NCBI GenBank assembly: GCA_965213705.1
Contig: OZ243913.1
Location: 2,048,001-2,112,000 of the forward strand
Direction of reading: 5' to 3'
From: Trueperaceae bacterium
Lineage (GTDB): Bacteria > Deinococcota > Deinococci > Deinococcales > Trueperaceae
DNA: 64,000 nt
In this document: positions 9,564 through 18,212 of the stretch, piece by piece
Position numbering within the stretch: the first letter of the stretch is position 1
Layout: each line of letters starts with the position of its first letter
Translations under genes and position numbers: made by a program
Notes under the pieces: generated by a model
Told to the model about the DNA's origin: nothing
What the model saw: the letters and a program-made list of their open reading frames with translations, nothing else
Database searches by the model: none

Positions 9564-10048
9564 GCGAGTTGCGGGTTGTACAGGCCGGGCTTCAGCATTT
9601 GGGCGCGTTGGTTCCCCTGTTCGACGCCTACCGCGTCTTTTACGAGCAAGAGAGCGACGTCGCAAAGGCCGAAGCTTTTTTGCGGGAGCGGCTGACGGGG
9701 CTCGAGTCCATCGTCTTTCTGGCTTTTCAGGACGACGTGCCCGCCGGTTTTACCCAACTCTACCCAAGTTTTTCGTCGGTTTCGCTCGCCCGTGTCTGGA
9801 TTCTCAACGACTTGTTCGTGACGCCCGCACTCCGCGGCCGGGGCGTTGCGGAAGCACTTTTAAAACGCGCCGCGACCTTTGCCGAGAACGCGGGCGCGCT
9901 GCGGCTCGACCTGGCGACGCAAGTGGAGAACGAAACCGCACAACGTCTCTACGAACGCCTGGGCTGGCAACCCGAGGACGGGTTTTATCATTACAGCTTG
10001 CCACTACAACTTGCCAATCGGGAAGTAGATGATGCTCGAGAGGGCTGA
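9560..10048 (+). CDS. GNAT N-acetyltransferase
   Basis: FDAYRVFY, ILNDLFV..RGRGVA, NETAQRLYERLGW. Confidence 0.9.
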   Translation: MSELRVVQAGLQHLGALVPLFDAYRVFYEQESDVAKAEAFLRERLTGLESIVFLAFQDDVPAGFTQLYPSFSSVSLARVWILNDLFVTPALRGRGVAEALLKRAATFAENAGALRLDLATQVENETAQRLYERLGWQPEDGFYHYSLPLQLANREVDDAREG

Positions 10049-10051
10049 ACC

Positions 10052-10768
10052 ATGAACCGACAAAACGCGTTCGGGCAAGTTGTCGGTGAGCCCGTACCGG
10101 CTTGGCGAGCGCCGCCACGCCCGCAACCGACTGTACTCACAGGGCGGGCTTGCACTTTGGAGCCGTTGCAACCGGAGCGCCACGCCCCCGACCTCTTTGA
10201 AGCTAACCGCGCCGACGACGGGCGCATGTGGACTTACCTGCCTTACGGACCTTTCGATTCGCTCGCTACTTACTGCGCTTGGCTGGCAACCTGTCAAGGA
10301 AACGGCCCCCTTTTCTACGCCGTTTTGCCTCGCGAAACCGGAAAAGCTGCGGGGCTCGCCAGCTATTTGCGGATAAGCCCGGAGTCGGGTTCGCTCGAGG
10401 TTGGACACCTCGCCTTTTCCCCGGCGCTGCAAGCCACCACGGCGGCGACCGAAGCCCTGTACCTGCTGCTGAAGTACATCTTCGAAACAGGCTACCGCCG
10501 CTGCGAGTGGAAGTGCGACGCGCTGAACCAGCCGTCACGCCGCGCCGCCCAACGTCTCGGCTTTTCCTTTGAGGGAATTTTTCGCCAGGCGACCCTGTAC
10601 AAAGGGCGCAACCGCGACACCGCCTGGTACGCCGTGACCGACAAAGATTGGCCTGAGGTGAAACGAGCGTTCAAAACGTGGTTACAGCCTGAGAACTTCG
10701 ACCGGGACGGTGAGCAGCGCACGCGTCTGAGTGAGTTGACAGCGCCTTTGCTCGAGCAAGCCGGTTAG
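10052..10768 (+). CDS. GNAT (RimJ/RimL-like) acetyltransferase
   Basis: GYRRCEWKCDALN, RLGFSFEGIFRQ, KGRNRDTAWY. Confidence 0.9.
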   Translation: MNRQNAFGQVVGEPVPAWRAPPRPQPTVLTGRACTLEPLQPERHAPDLFEANRADDGRMWTYLPYGPFDSLATYCAWLATCQGNGPLFYAVLPRETGKAAGLASYLRISPESGSLEVGHLAFSPALQATTAATEALYLLLKYIFETGYRRCEWKCDALNQPSRRAAQRLGFSFEGIFRQATLYKGRNRDTAWYAVTDKDWPEVKRAFKTWLQPENFDRDGEQRTRLSELTAPLLEQAG

Positions 10769-10781
10769 TGGGGAATCACGC

Positions 10782-11408
10782 ATGTACCTACCTAAGTATT
10801 ACCAAGAAGACGACTTAGCCACCCTCGTCGCGTTTATGCGGCAAAACAGCTTCGCCGCGCTCGTGTCGACGCTGGAGGGCGAACTCGTCGCCACGCACTT
10901 GCCCCTCGTTCCGGTCGTGAAAGACGAAAAAGTAACCTTGCTCGGCCACGTGGCGCGGGCCAACCCGCACGCGCTCTCGTTCGGCGCGGGCGAAGCCCTC
11001 GCCATCTTCAGCGGCCCGCACGCCTACATCTCGCCCACGCTCTACGAAAAAGAGGAGAGCGTGCCCACCTGGAACTACGTCGCCGTCCACGCGCACGGCG
11101 TCCCACAGGCGGTTACGTTCAAAGACGAGCCCGAAGCCATGCAGGCGTTGATGGACGTGACGATGGACGCTTATGAACCGAGCTACCGGGCGCAGTGGGA
11201 CGCTTTAAGCGAGAAGTACCGCCACGGCATGATGAACGGGATCGTAGGTTTTGAGCTGAAAGTCGATAAGCTTTACGGCAAGTACAAACTTAGCCAGAAC
11301 CGCAGCCGTACGGACCGGGAAAGCGCCGCCGCCGCCCTCGTTGGTCAGGACAATCCCGTCACAGCCGGAGTCGGCGCGTTGATGAAGAAGGGGCTCGAGA
11401 CCGGCTAA
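10782..11408 (+). CDS. FMN-binding negative transcriptional regulator (PaiB family)
   Basis: MYLP, ATHLP, GHVARANPH, GPHAYISP, VPTWNY, KLSQNR. Confidence 0.9.
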   Translation: MYLPKYYQEDDLATLVAFMRQNSFAALVSTLEGELVATHLPLVPVVKDEKVTLLGHVARANPHALSFGAGEALAIFSGPHAYISPTLYEKEESVPTWNYVAVHAHGVPQAVTFKDEPEAMQALMDVTMDAYEPSYRAQWDALSEKYRHGMMNGIVGFELKVDKLYGKYKLSQNRSRTDRESAAAALVGQDNPVTAGVGALMKKGLETG

Positions 11409-11444
11409 AAAGTAGAGCCGAACCGTACGGTTCGGCTCTACTTT
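11409..11444. terminator. Perfect 36-bp palindrome; likely bidirectional terminator
   Basis: AAAGTAGAGCCGAACCGT-ACGGTTCGGCTCTACTTT between convergent genes. Confidence 0.8.
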
Positions 11445-11460
11445 GCTGGCTGGGGCCGCT

Positions 11461-11649
11461 TTAGACGCGCCGTGCGGTTTGCCGTGTGGCAGTTTGCGAC
11501 GGGTTGACGGCGACGCGGGTGACCTCGAAAAAGGTTTCGCGTTCTTGAAGCGCGGCCGTGTTGACTATTAAGCCTTTGTCGTTGTGCCAAAGCCCCGGCT
11601 CGAGGGCGTCCTGGTACCAAACTTCGCTTACTTTGTGAAACTGAGTCAT
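11461..11649 (-). CDS. Small hypothetical protein (62 aa)
   Basis: Strong RBS GGGAGGA before ATG 11649; ends just before the palindromic terminator. Confidence 0.55.
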   Translation of the reverse strand: MTQFHKVSEVWYQDALEPGLWHNDKGLIVNTAALQERETFFEVTRVAVNPSQTATRQTARRV

Positions 11650-11768
11650 CGTTTCCTCCCAATGTCCAGACAGTTTATGTCGCCGCCGTGCGGCCGTCAT
11701 CAGACTTTTGTAGGACTCGTAAGAGGACGTCAGTAAGGTGCAACGAGTACCCGGACGTATACTGGATT

Positions 11769-12707
11769 ATGCGTCCCTCCACGTCGCCGCCGACCGGCCT
11801 TTACGGCCGACCTTACTGGCTCTTAACGTTGGCCGTGCTGTTTTGGGCCGGTAACTTCGTGCTCGGTCGGGCGGTGCGCGCGGAGATTCCGCCGGTCGGC
11901 CTGGCGTTTTGGCGCTGGTGCGTCGCGACGCTTATCCTGTGGCCGTTCGCCTGGCCGCACCTGCGCCGCGACTGGGCTACTGTCCGGCGGCACGGCGGCG
12001 TCATCTTGTTGCTCGCCGCGCTGGGTGTGGGCTCGTTCAACACGCTCGTCTACTCGGGCTTGCAGTACACGGTCGCGCTGAACGCGTTTTTGCTGCAGTC
12101 GCTCATGCCCCTGGGGGTGGTGCTGTTTTCAGCGCTGTTTTTTCGGGACGTGGTCGGTCCGCGGCAACTCGGCGGCATCTTTTTGTCGCTTTTGGGCGCG
12201 GCGCTCATTATTTTCCGCGGGGACCTGGCGACGCTTCTAGCGTTCACGCTCAACCCCGGCGACGCGCTCATTGTCGTCGCGGTGGTGGTCTACGCGGCCT
12301 ACACCGCCTTTTTGCGCAAGCGGCCCGCGCTGCACCCGCTGAGTTTTTTGCTGGCGACCTTCTGTTTGGGCACCCTGATGATTCTGCCCTTTTACCTTGC
12401 CGAGACGGCGGCGGGCCGCTTTGTCACGGCGAACCTGCCGACGGTCTCAAGCATTCTTTACGTGGCGGTGTTTCCCTCCATCGTGTCCTTTTTGTTTTAC
12501 AACCGCGGCGTCGAACTGCTGGGCGCAAACCGGGCGGGGCTGTTCGCGCACCTCATGCCGCTGTTCGGCGGGATTTTGGCGGTGCTCGTGCTGGGTGAAA
12601 CGTTCAAGTGGTTTCACGCGCTCGGCGCGGTCTTAATCCTGTCGGGAATAGCGCTGGCGACGGTGCTGCAACGGCCGCGCTCGCCTTCTTTTCGGGGCTT
12701 GAAGTGA
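11769..12707 (+). CDS. DMT/EamA family transporter
   Basis: LFWAGNFVLGR, about 10 TM segments, GVELLGANRAG; TATACT -10 before ATG 11769. Confidence 0.9.
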   Translation: MRPSTSPPTGLYGRPYWLLTLAVLFWAGNFVLGRAVRAEIPPVGLAFWRWCVATLILWPFAWPHLRRDWATVRRHGGVILLLAALGVGSFNTLVYSGLQYTVALNAFLLQSLMPLGVVLFSALFFRDVVGPRQLGGIFLSLLGAALIIFRGDLATLLAFTLNPGDALIVVAVVVYAAYTAFLRKRPALHPLSFLLATFCLGTLMILPFYLAETAAGRFVTANLPTVSSILYVAVFPSIVSFLFYNRGVELLGANRAGLFAHLMPLFGGILAVLVLGETFKWFHALGAVLILSGIALATVLQRPRSPSFRGLK

Positions 12708-13741
12708 GGGCCGCCGTGTTTGGCGCGTTCGGTGAACGCTTAGAAGTCCGCAACGTGCCCGACCCCGCAGTGCCGCGGGACGGCGTTGTCATCGAGGTGC
12801 GCGCCAACGGCGTCTGCCGCAGCGACTGGCACGCCTGGCAGGGCCACGACCCCACCATCCGGCTGCCGCACGTGCCGGGCCACGAACTCGCGGGCGTCGT
12901 CGCGGCAACCGGCGCGGACGTGACCAACTGGCGGGTGGGTGATCCTGTGACCACGCCGTTTTGCGGCGGTTGCGGCACCTGCGCGCAGTGCTCGAGCGGA
13001 CACCAGCACATCTGCGACCGGGACTATCAACCCGGCTTTTCGGGCTGGGGCTCGTTCGCGCAATTCGTGATGATTCCCAAAGCCGACATCAACCTGGTGC
13101 GCCTGCCGGACACTCTGGGTTTTGTCGAGGCGGCGAGTCTGGGCTGCCGTTTTGTCACCGCGTTTCGCGGCGTGGTCGACCAGGGGCGCGTTCGGGGCGG
13201 CGAGTGGCTGGCGGTTCACGGCTGTGGCGGCGTGGGGTTGTCGGCGGTGATGATCGGGGCGGCGCTGGGCGCGCAGGTCGCCGCGGTCGACATAGACGCA
13301 AGTAAGCTCGAGCTGGCTAGAACTCTAGGTGCGGTCGCCACCGTCGACGCCTCTAAAGAAAACCCCTGGCGCGCGGTCCAAGAGCTGACCCAAGGCGGCG
13401 CGCACGTCTCCGTCGACGCGCTCGGTTCTCAGAAAACGTGCCGTAACTCCGTAAAGTCCTTACGCAAACGCGGCCGGCACATCCAAATCGGGCTGCTGTT
13501 GGCCGCCGAGGCGAATCCCAAACTGCCCATGCACGAGGTTATCGCCAAGGAGTTGACCCTGCTGGGTTCGCACGGGATGCCGGCGCACCGCTACCCGGAG
13601 ATGTTGGACATGATCGTTTCGGGCAAGCTCGAGCCCGCCCGTTTGGTAGGCAAAACGGTTTCCTTGGACGAGGCGGGGGCGGAACTAGAGGCGATGGGGC
13701 ATTTTGCACAGCAAGGCGTGACAGTGATAGATAAATTTTGA
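12704..13741 (+). CDS. Zinc-dependent alcohol dehydrogenase (MDR family)
   Basis: GVCRSDWH, GHE, structural Zn CGGCGTCAQC..C, GCGGVG; GTG start overlaps the DMT stop. Confidence 0.92.
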   Translation: MRAAVFGAFGERLEVRNVPDPAVPRDGVVIEVRANGVCRSDWHAWQGHDPTIRLPHVPGHELAGVVAATGADVTNWRVGDPVTTPFCGGCGTCAQCSSGHQHICDRDYQPGFSGWGSFAQFVMIPKADINLVRLPDTLGFVEAASLGCRFVTAFRGVVDQGRVRGGEWLAVHGCGGVGLSAVMIGAALGAQVAAVDIDASKLELARTLGAVATVDASKENPWRAVQELTQGGAHVSVDALGSQKTCRNSVKSLRKRGRHIQIGLLLAAEANPKLPMHEVIAKELTLLGSHGMPAHRYPEMLDMIVSGKLEPARLVGKTVSLDEAGAELEAMGHFAQQGVTVIDKF

Positions 13742-13743
13742 GT

Positions 13744-14427
13744 TCAAACCTCACTTGGGCTGTCGCTGGTCAAGGGCGCGAGCGTGACGCGCGCCAAATA
13801 GTTCTGCGGCCCGCGCTTTTGGCCGTACTTTTGGATGAGGGCGTAGAGTTCTTTCTGAAAAGCCTTGGCGTCTTGGAAGGTCAGCGAAAACGTGTACCAA
13901 TCCATGAGCAGGGCCGGCGAGTCGGGCTCGAGGGCGATTTCGTTCAGGGTGCGGCCGTCCTCGGGGGTCGGGGTAACGTCGGTGTAAAGGACGTCGCCTT
14001 CTTGGTAAACGGCCATGCCCCAGCGGTGCAGGTCGGGAAAGGTATCGCTGCCGACTTGCACTAAGCTGTGCGCCAAAAGGCGCTGCCAGGGTTCCTCTTG
14101 CTGGTGCAACAGGGTTTCCAAACTGCTGTCGGGCACGGCTGCGAACGGGACGAAAAAACCGTCTTGGGCGGTCGCGTAGTGTTTGACCGCTCGGCCGCCA
14201 CGTTTCACGGTGCGCGTGACGTGGAGCAGCCCCAACCCGGTAAAACGCTTCGTCCAGTACGACAGCGCGTGTGTGCTCACGCCGAGCAGCATGGCCGCCT
14301 CGCCCAAGCTGCGCTCTCGGCCCATAAACGGCCCGAGGTGCCGCGCCGCCCTGGGGTCGGCGAGCAGTCGGGCCGTACCGGGTTGGTCGACCCGCTCGAG
14401 CGTTCTACGTAAAAGATGTTCACCCAT
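13744..14427 (-). CDS. Winged-HTH (ArsR-like) transcriptional regulator
   Basis: ARHLGPFMGRERSLGEAA..LGVS...LSYW.KRF..LGLL.V....RGGRAVKHY; divergent from the 14524 operon. Confidence 0.7.
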   Translation of the reverse strand: MGEHLLRRTLERVDQPGTARLLADPRAARHLGPFMGRERSLGEAAMLLGVSTHALSYWTKRFTGLGLLHVTRTVKRGGRAVKHYATAQDGFFVPFAAVPDSSLETLLHQQEEPWQRLLAHSLVQVGSDTFPDLHRWGMAVYQEGDVLYTDVTPTPEDGRTLNEIALEPDSPALLMDWYTFSLTFQDAKAFQKELYALIQKYGQKRGPQNYLARVTLAPLTSDSPSEV

Positions 14428-14523
14428 TTTGCCTAGCCTACCTCTATTCTTGAGGTTGAGCGTGAGGTGCGTTCCTTTAGGTAAGAACGGCTCACAAAGG
14501 TTAAACCTCGTAAGGAGGAAATA

Positions 14524-15597
14524 ATGAGTGCAAAAACCGGAACCGTACCGCGGGAGAAAAATGCCGAGCCGGCGGCCGACCTGTGGCGCAGCGGACTGTT
14601 GCCCGTGTTGGCGCTGGGCGCGCTGGCGGGCTTGCTTGGGATTTACTGGGACATCGCCTGGCACATCGACAAGGGGCGCGACAGCTTTTTTACGCCGCCG
14701 CACAACTTCATCTACCTGTCTATTCTTATCGTTTTGCTGATGAGCGTGTACGGGTTGGTTCGTGACCGCCGGCAAAGCCCGCTGCACCTGCGGTTGGGGC
14801 GGTTCCTCGTACATCCGGGCGTGTTGATCGTGGCGGTCGGGGCGGGGTTGGAACTGTTTTTCGCACCCGCCGACGAACTCTGGCACCGCGTCTTCGGCTT
14901 GGACGTGACGCTCTGGGCACCGATGCACCTCATCGGCGTGACCGGCCTGACGCTCTACGCTTTTGGCGGTCTGGTAACGAGCTGGGTCGAGCGGCGCTTG
15001 GCCCTAACCGAGAAACGCAAGCGCCTGTTCGGCTACGTGACCGTGTTCTTCGCGGTGGCGCTCCTCGGTTGGACGATGTTGCTGCTCGCCGAGTTTGAGT
15101 TCGGCACGCCCGCCTTTCCGATGTTTTGGCAACCGCTGCTGCTGATGGGGTTGCCGGTCTTCGTCTTAGTGCTGCTGGCGCGGTTGAAACCCGTTCCTTG
15201 GGCGGCGACCTGGACGGCCGTCGCTTTTACGGGTTTGCGCCTGTTATTGGCGGGCCTGCTGCTCACGACCTCGCGCTTCGACCTGGCCGGGGACAGTCGG
15301 CCGGCGATTCCGCTGCTCGTCTTGTCCGGCGTGGCGGCGGACCTGCTGGTGCGGCGCGGCGCGCCGACGTGGTTGACCGGCTTGGTCGTCGCGGCGGTCA
15401 CGCTGGCGTCCAACCTGCCGCTCACGGCGCTGAGCGAACTGAGCTGGTACGCGGGCGCGCTTGTGCGGGGCGTGCCGGCGGGCTTCGTCCTGGCAATCGT
15501 CATGGCCTACCTCGGGCGGGCGACGGCGGACGCGCTCGAGCCCGCGCCGAACCCAGAGCCCCGCCGCGCCCCGACCGCCGAGCGGGTGCCGGCGTGA
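14524..15597 (+). CDS. Polytopic membrane protein with PmoC/AmoC-like copper motifs fused to a PmoA-like region
   Basis: AAGGAGG RBS; WDIAWHIDKGRDSFFTPPH (D43,H47,H60) and ADELWHRVFGLDVTLWAPMH (D117,H121,H135); C-half P-x6-P-x13-PWAAT. Confidence 0.65.
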   Translation: MSAKTGTVPREKNAEPAADLWRSGLLPVLALGALAGLLGIYWDIAWHIDKGRDSFFTPPHNFIYLSILIVLLMSVYGLVRDRRQSPLHLRLGRFLVHPGVLIVAVGAGLELFFAPADELWHRVFGLDVTLWAPMHLIGVTGLTLYAFGGLVTSWVERRLALTEKRKRLFGYVTVFFAVALLGWTMLLLAEFEFGTPAFPMFWQPLLLMGLPVFVLVLLARLKPVPWAATWTAVAFTGLRLLLAGLLLTTSRFDLAGDSRPAIPLLVLSGVAADLLVRRGAPTWLTGLVVAAVTLASNLPLTALSELSWYAGALVRGVPAGFVLAIVMAYLGRATADALEPAPNPEPRRAPTAERVPA

Positions 15598-16151
15598 AGC
15601 GCTTCGGTGCGCTGTTCCTGGCGCTCGTGGTCTCAGCACCGCTGTTCGGGTTCGCCCTGGGCCAAGCCCGACCCGGCAGTACGGCGGACGTTACCGTCGT
15701 TGAGCGCGGGCCAGGCCGGCCGACCCTTATCGAGGTGCGCACCAATCCCGAACTGACCAAAAACGGCGAGATGATGCTCTACATCCGCGGGCGCGACGTG
15801 GGGCACGACCGCGGCTACATCAAGCGGCTCGAGCCGCCCGTCGAGCCGGGGCTGTACCGCTTCGAGGTGACGTTGCCGCACGCGGGCACTTGGGGCGTCA
15901 ACCCGCGCTACGGCGTCGGCCTCGACCTGTACTACGCTTCGTTCAGCGGACATTTCGACCCGGCGGGGAAGGACACGTTCACCTTCCGAACGCGGTTTCG
16001 CGGCGAGTTGGGCGCGGGTACGCCCGCTTACCTCCAACCCCTGGGCTTCGGCATTTTGGGCGTGGTGCTCCTCGTCGCGTTCGGGCTGGTGGTGGCGGTT
16101 TTGCGCTCTTTGGGGCGGCAGGGGGAGTCCGCAACGACTCACCTCGTATAA
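15594..16151 (+). CDS. Exported beta-sandwich protein with C-terminal TM anchor (YtkA/PmoB-like)
   Basis: GTG start overlaps the upstream stop; signal peptide; PGLYRFEVTLPHAGTWGV; hydrophobic C-terminal helix. Confidence 0.55.
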   Translation: MKRFGALFLALVVSAPLFGFALGQARPGSTADVTVVERGPGRPTLIEVRTNPELTKNGEMMLYIRGRDVGHDRGYIKRLEPPVEPGLYRFEVTLPHAGTWGVNPRYGVGLDLYYASFSGHFDPAGKDTFTFRTRFRGELGAGTPAYLQPLGFGILGVVLLVAFGLVVAVLRSLGRQGESATTHLV

Positions 16152-17401
16152 ACGCGCGTGTCCGGCTTGAAAGCGGCCCAGGCGAACCACAGGGTGTTGT
16201 CGTGGACGACTTTGCTAAGTTGCGCGCCGGCCAGCGGTCCGGCCGTGGCTGCGCCGAGGATGTTCCAAGTGCTGCCGGTTTCCTCGTCGACAAAGGCGTC
16301 CCCGTCCGCTCGGAACGTTAAGTTTCGGCCGTCTAACGTGCGCTCGAACACGCCGACCGCGCCCACGTCGCGGCTCGCGGCGATGCTGGCGGCGTCGAGC
16401 GCGCTCGTCGTCCCGGCCTGCCAAAAGAGGGTCACGGGCGTGTTGCCTATCCTGTCGTTGACGACCCCGGCTTCGCTGAGGGTTTCCACTGGGTAAGCCA
16501 CCGCCTCGGCGGGCGCGTCGATGCTGACGACTCGAGCTTTCGGGGGTAAGCGGCCGTCGGGCGTCCCGGCGAACAAAAAGGCCGGGCTGTCCGCGTCGTC
16601 GTAGCCGACGTAAGGGTTTTGCCCGTAGGCCCGCGTAAAACCGGTATCGCGCGACAACACGTGAGCCTCCGGCGCGGCGGCGCGCGCCTCGGCAAAGCTG
16701 ACAATCTGGGCCGGGTAGCGCAGGAGTTGCGTTCCGCTCAGCGTCCCGACGCTGCCGACGCCCAACAGTTGCGACCAGAGCGTACTCGTTGCAGTATCGA
16801 ACATGAGCAAGTTGGAGTTGTAGAGCGTGCCTGACACGCCGAAGGTGACGGGGAGCAGGGCGGTCACGTTGGCGGCCTCGCCTTGAACCCGGTAGGCCTC
16901 AAGAAACGCCTCATCCGGTTCCGTCGGTGCAGCTTCGGGGTTCATTTCGCTCACTTCGCCTTGCTGTTCGGTCGTCAGCGGTAACCGCCTATCGAAAGCG
17001 AGCGCGCTGTTGCAGAGCGGGCAAAAGGTGACGGCCACCGGCACGCTGCCTACCGTGTCGTTGACGATTTCGTGCCAGGTGAGGATTTGCAGCGGGTAGA
17101 CGCGGGTTTCGCCGTTCAAACTGAACACGATGACGGGCTCCTGGGGCTCTATCCAGTCGGCCGCCTCGCCTTGCGACACGAAAATGGGGGCTTGGGTCGG
17201 CGCGGCGGCGTTTTGCCAGTCGCCCGTAAACCCGAGCGCGGGGATGCCGTTGGGCGGCGGGCCGCCGCTCATGACTTCGGCCAGGGGAATCTCAGCCTGC
17301 GACGTGTCCACGCCGATGGCGCGCAGTTGCGACGGCGTTTGCTGAGCTACGGCGGCACCTAAAAAACTCAGTCCTAGCAGCGTCCGAAAAAGTCTTTTCA
17401 T
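16139..17401 (-). CDS. Exported DUF3179 domain protein
   Basis: Signal peptide; SGGPPPNGIPA, YP..IL.WHEIVND, TFCPLCNS, FGVSG.LYNSNL.MFD, WFAWAAFKPDT. Confidence 0.85.
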   Translation of the reverse strand: MKRLFRTLLGLSFLGAAVAQQTPSQLRAIGVDTSQAEIPLAEVMSGGPPPNGIPALGFTGDWQNAAAPTQAPIFVSQGEAADWIEPQEPVIVFSLNGETRVYPLQILTWHEIVNDTVGSVPVAVTFCPLCNSALAFDRRLPLTTEQQGEVSEMNPEAAPTEPDEAFLEAYRVQGEAANVTALLPVTFGVSGTLYNSNLLMFDTATSTLWSQLLGVGSVGTLSGTQLLRYPAQIVSFAEARAAAPEAHVLSRDTGFTRAYGQNPYVGYDDADSPAFLFAGTPDGRLPPKARVVSIDAPAEAVAYPVETLSEAGVVNDRIGNTPVTLFWQAGTTSALDAASIAASRDVGAVGVFERTLDGRNLTFRADGDAFVDEETGSTWNILGAATAGPLAGAQLSKVVHDNTLWFAWAAFKPDTRVYTR

Positions 17402-17498
17402 ACCTCCGAGCTTAAAAGTTGGAAGTGAGGCGTGCGGTCAAGCAGTGTACGGGGCTCGAGCCCTCCACGTTACAGCCGCCGAACCCAAACGCCAGAAC

Positions 17499-18131
17499 CT
17501 ACCGACCCCCAGCGGCGAGTGCGGCGGCCAGCCTGTCGGCCAACTCGCGTAGCGGCTGCTCGAGCTCTTCGTGGTAACGCACAAAGGTGTCTTGGCGCAC
17601 GGTCTCGACACTTCTCGCGATGAGCCTACGCCCTTCGGAACTGTCCGGTTCGACTCCGCCCGGCAGCTCGAGCGGAACGACTTGGGTCACCCGAGTGGCG
17701 AATGCGGGTGACAGGTAAGTGCCGAGAACCTCGGCATTTTCGGGCGCGACGAGCACGGCCTGGACTTGCCCGGTCAAGGTGACCTCGACCTCCAACACGT
17801 CCGTCAGGGCGACCGGCCGCGCCGTTTTGACGCCGCGCAGACCCACCATGACTCCGTAAGCAGCGCCCTGTGAACGCGCAATCAAGGAGGTTCGTACAGG
17901 CGCGCGACCGCCGAGCATGTCGTTGTGGGTTTCTTGAAAGCGGAGCGTCGCTGCTGGGCTGAACCGGTAGGTGCGAGCGACCTTTTTCTCGAGGGCCGCG
18001 GCAAAAGCGTCGGCCAGGCCTGGAAAGCGGAGTTCGGTGGGCGCGTTGACGACGACAATTTTGGACCTGGCGGTTTGGTGGGCGGGCGCGCAAGCTGTCA
18101 GCAGCAGCAAGCTCAACAATATTTTTTTCAT
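17499..18131 (-). CDS. Hypothetical lipoprotein
   Basis: MKKILLSLLLLTAC lipobox; TATACT -10 upstream. Confidence 0.7.
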   Translation of the reverse strand: MKKILLSLLLLTACAPAHQTARSKIVVVNAPTELRFPGLADAFAAALEKKVARTYRFSPAATLRFQETHNDMLGGRAPVRTSLIARSQGAAYGVMVGLRGVKTARPVALTDVLEVEVTLTGQVQAVLVAPENAEVLGTYLSPAFATRVTQVVPLELPGGVEPDSSEGRRLIARSVETVRQDTFVRYHEELEQPLRELADRLAAALAAGGR

Positions 18132-18212
18132 GCGCGTGAGTATAACGCTTCCGCACAGTTGAAACTGTGGCTTTGCCAACGTGTGAAGGGCCAGCGTGTG
18201 AAGGATTTTGCC

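Noticed and set aside
13744..14928. 394-aa version of the regulator
   Set aside because: The extension is antisense to the membrane protein; the start at 14427 has a TAGGCT -10 box.
14524..16151. Calling this a true methane/ammonia monooxygenase (pmoCAB/amoCAB)
   Set aside because: Similarity is motif-level only, the B-like gene lacks the CuB histidines, and no methanol- or hydroxylamine-oxidation genes are in the window.
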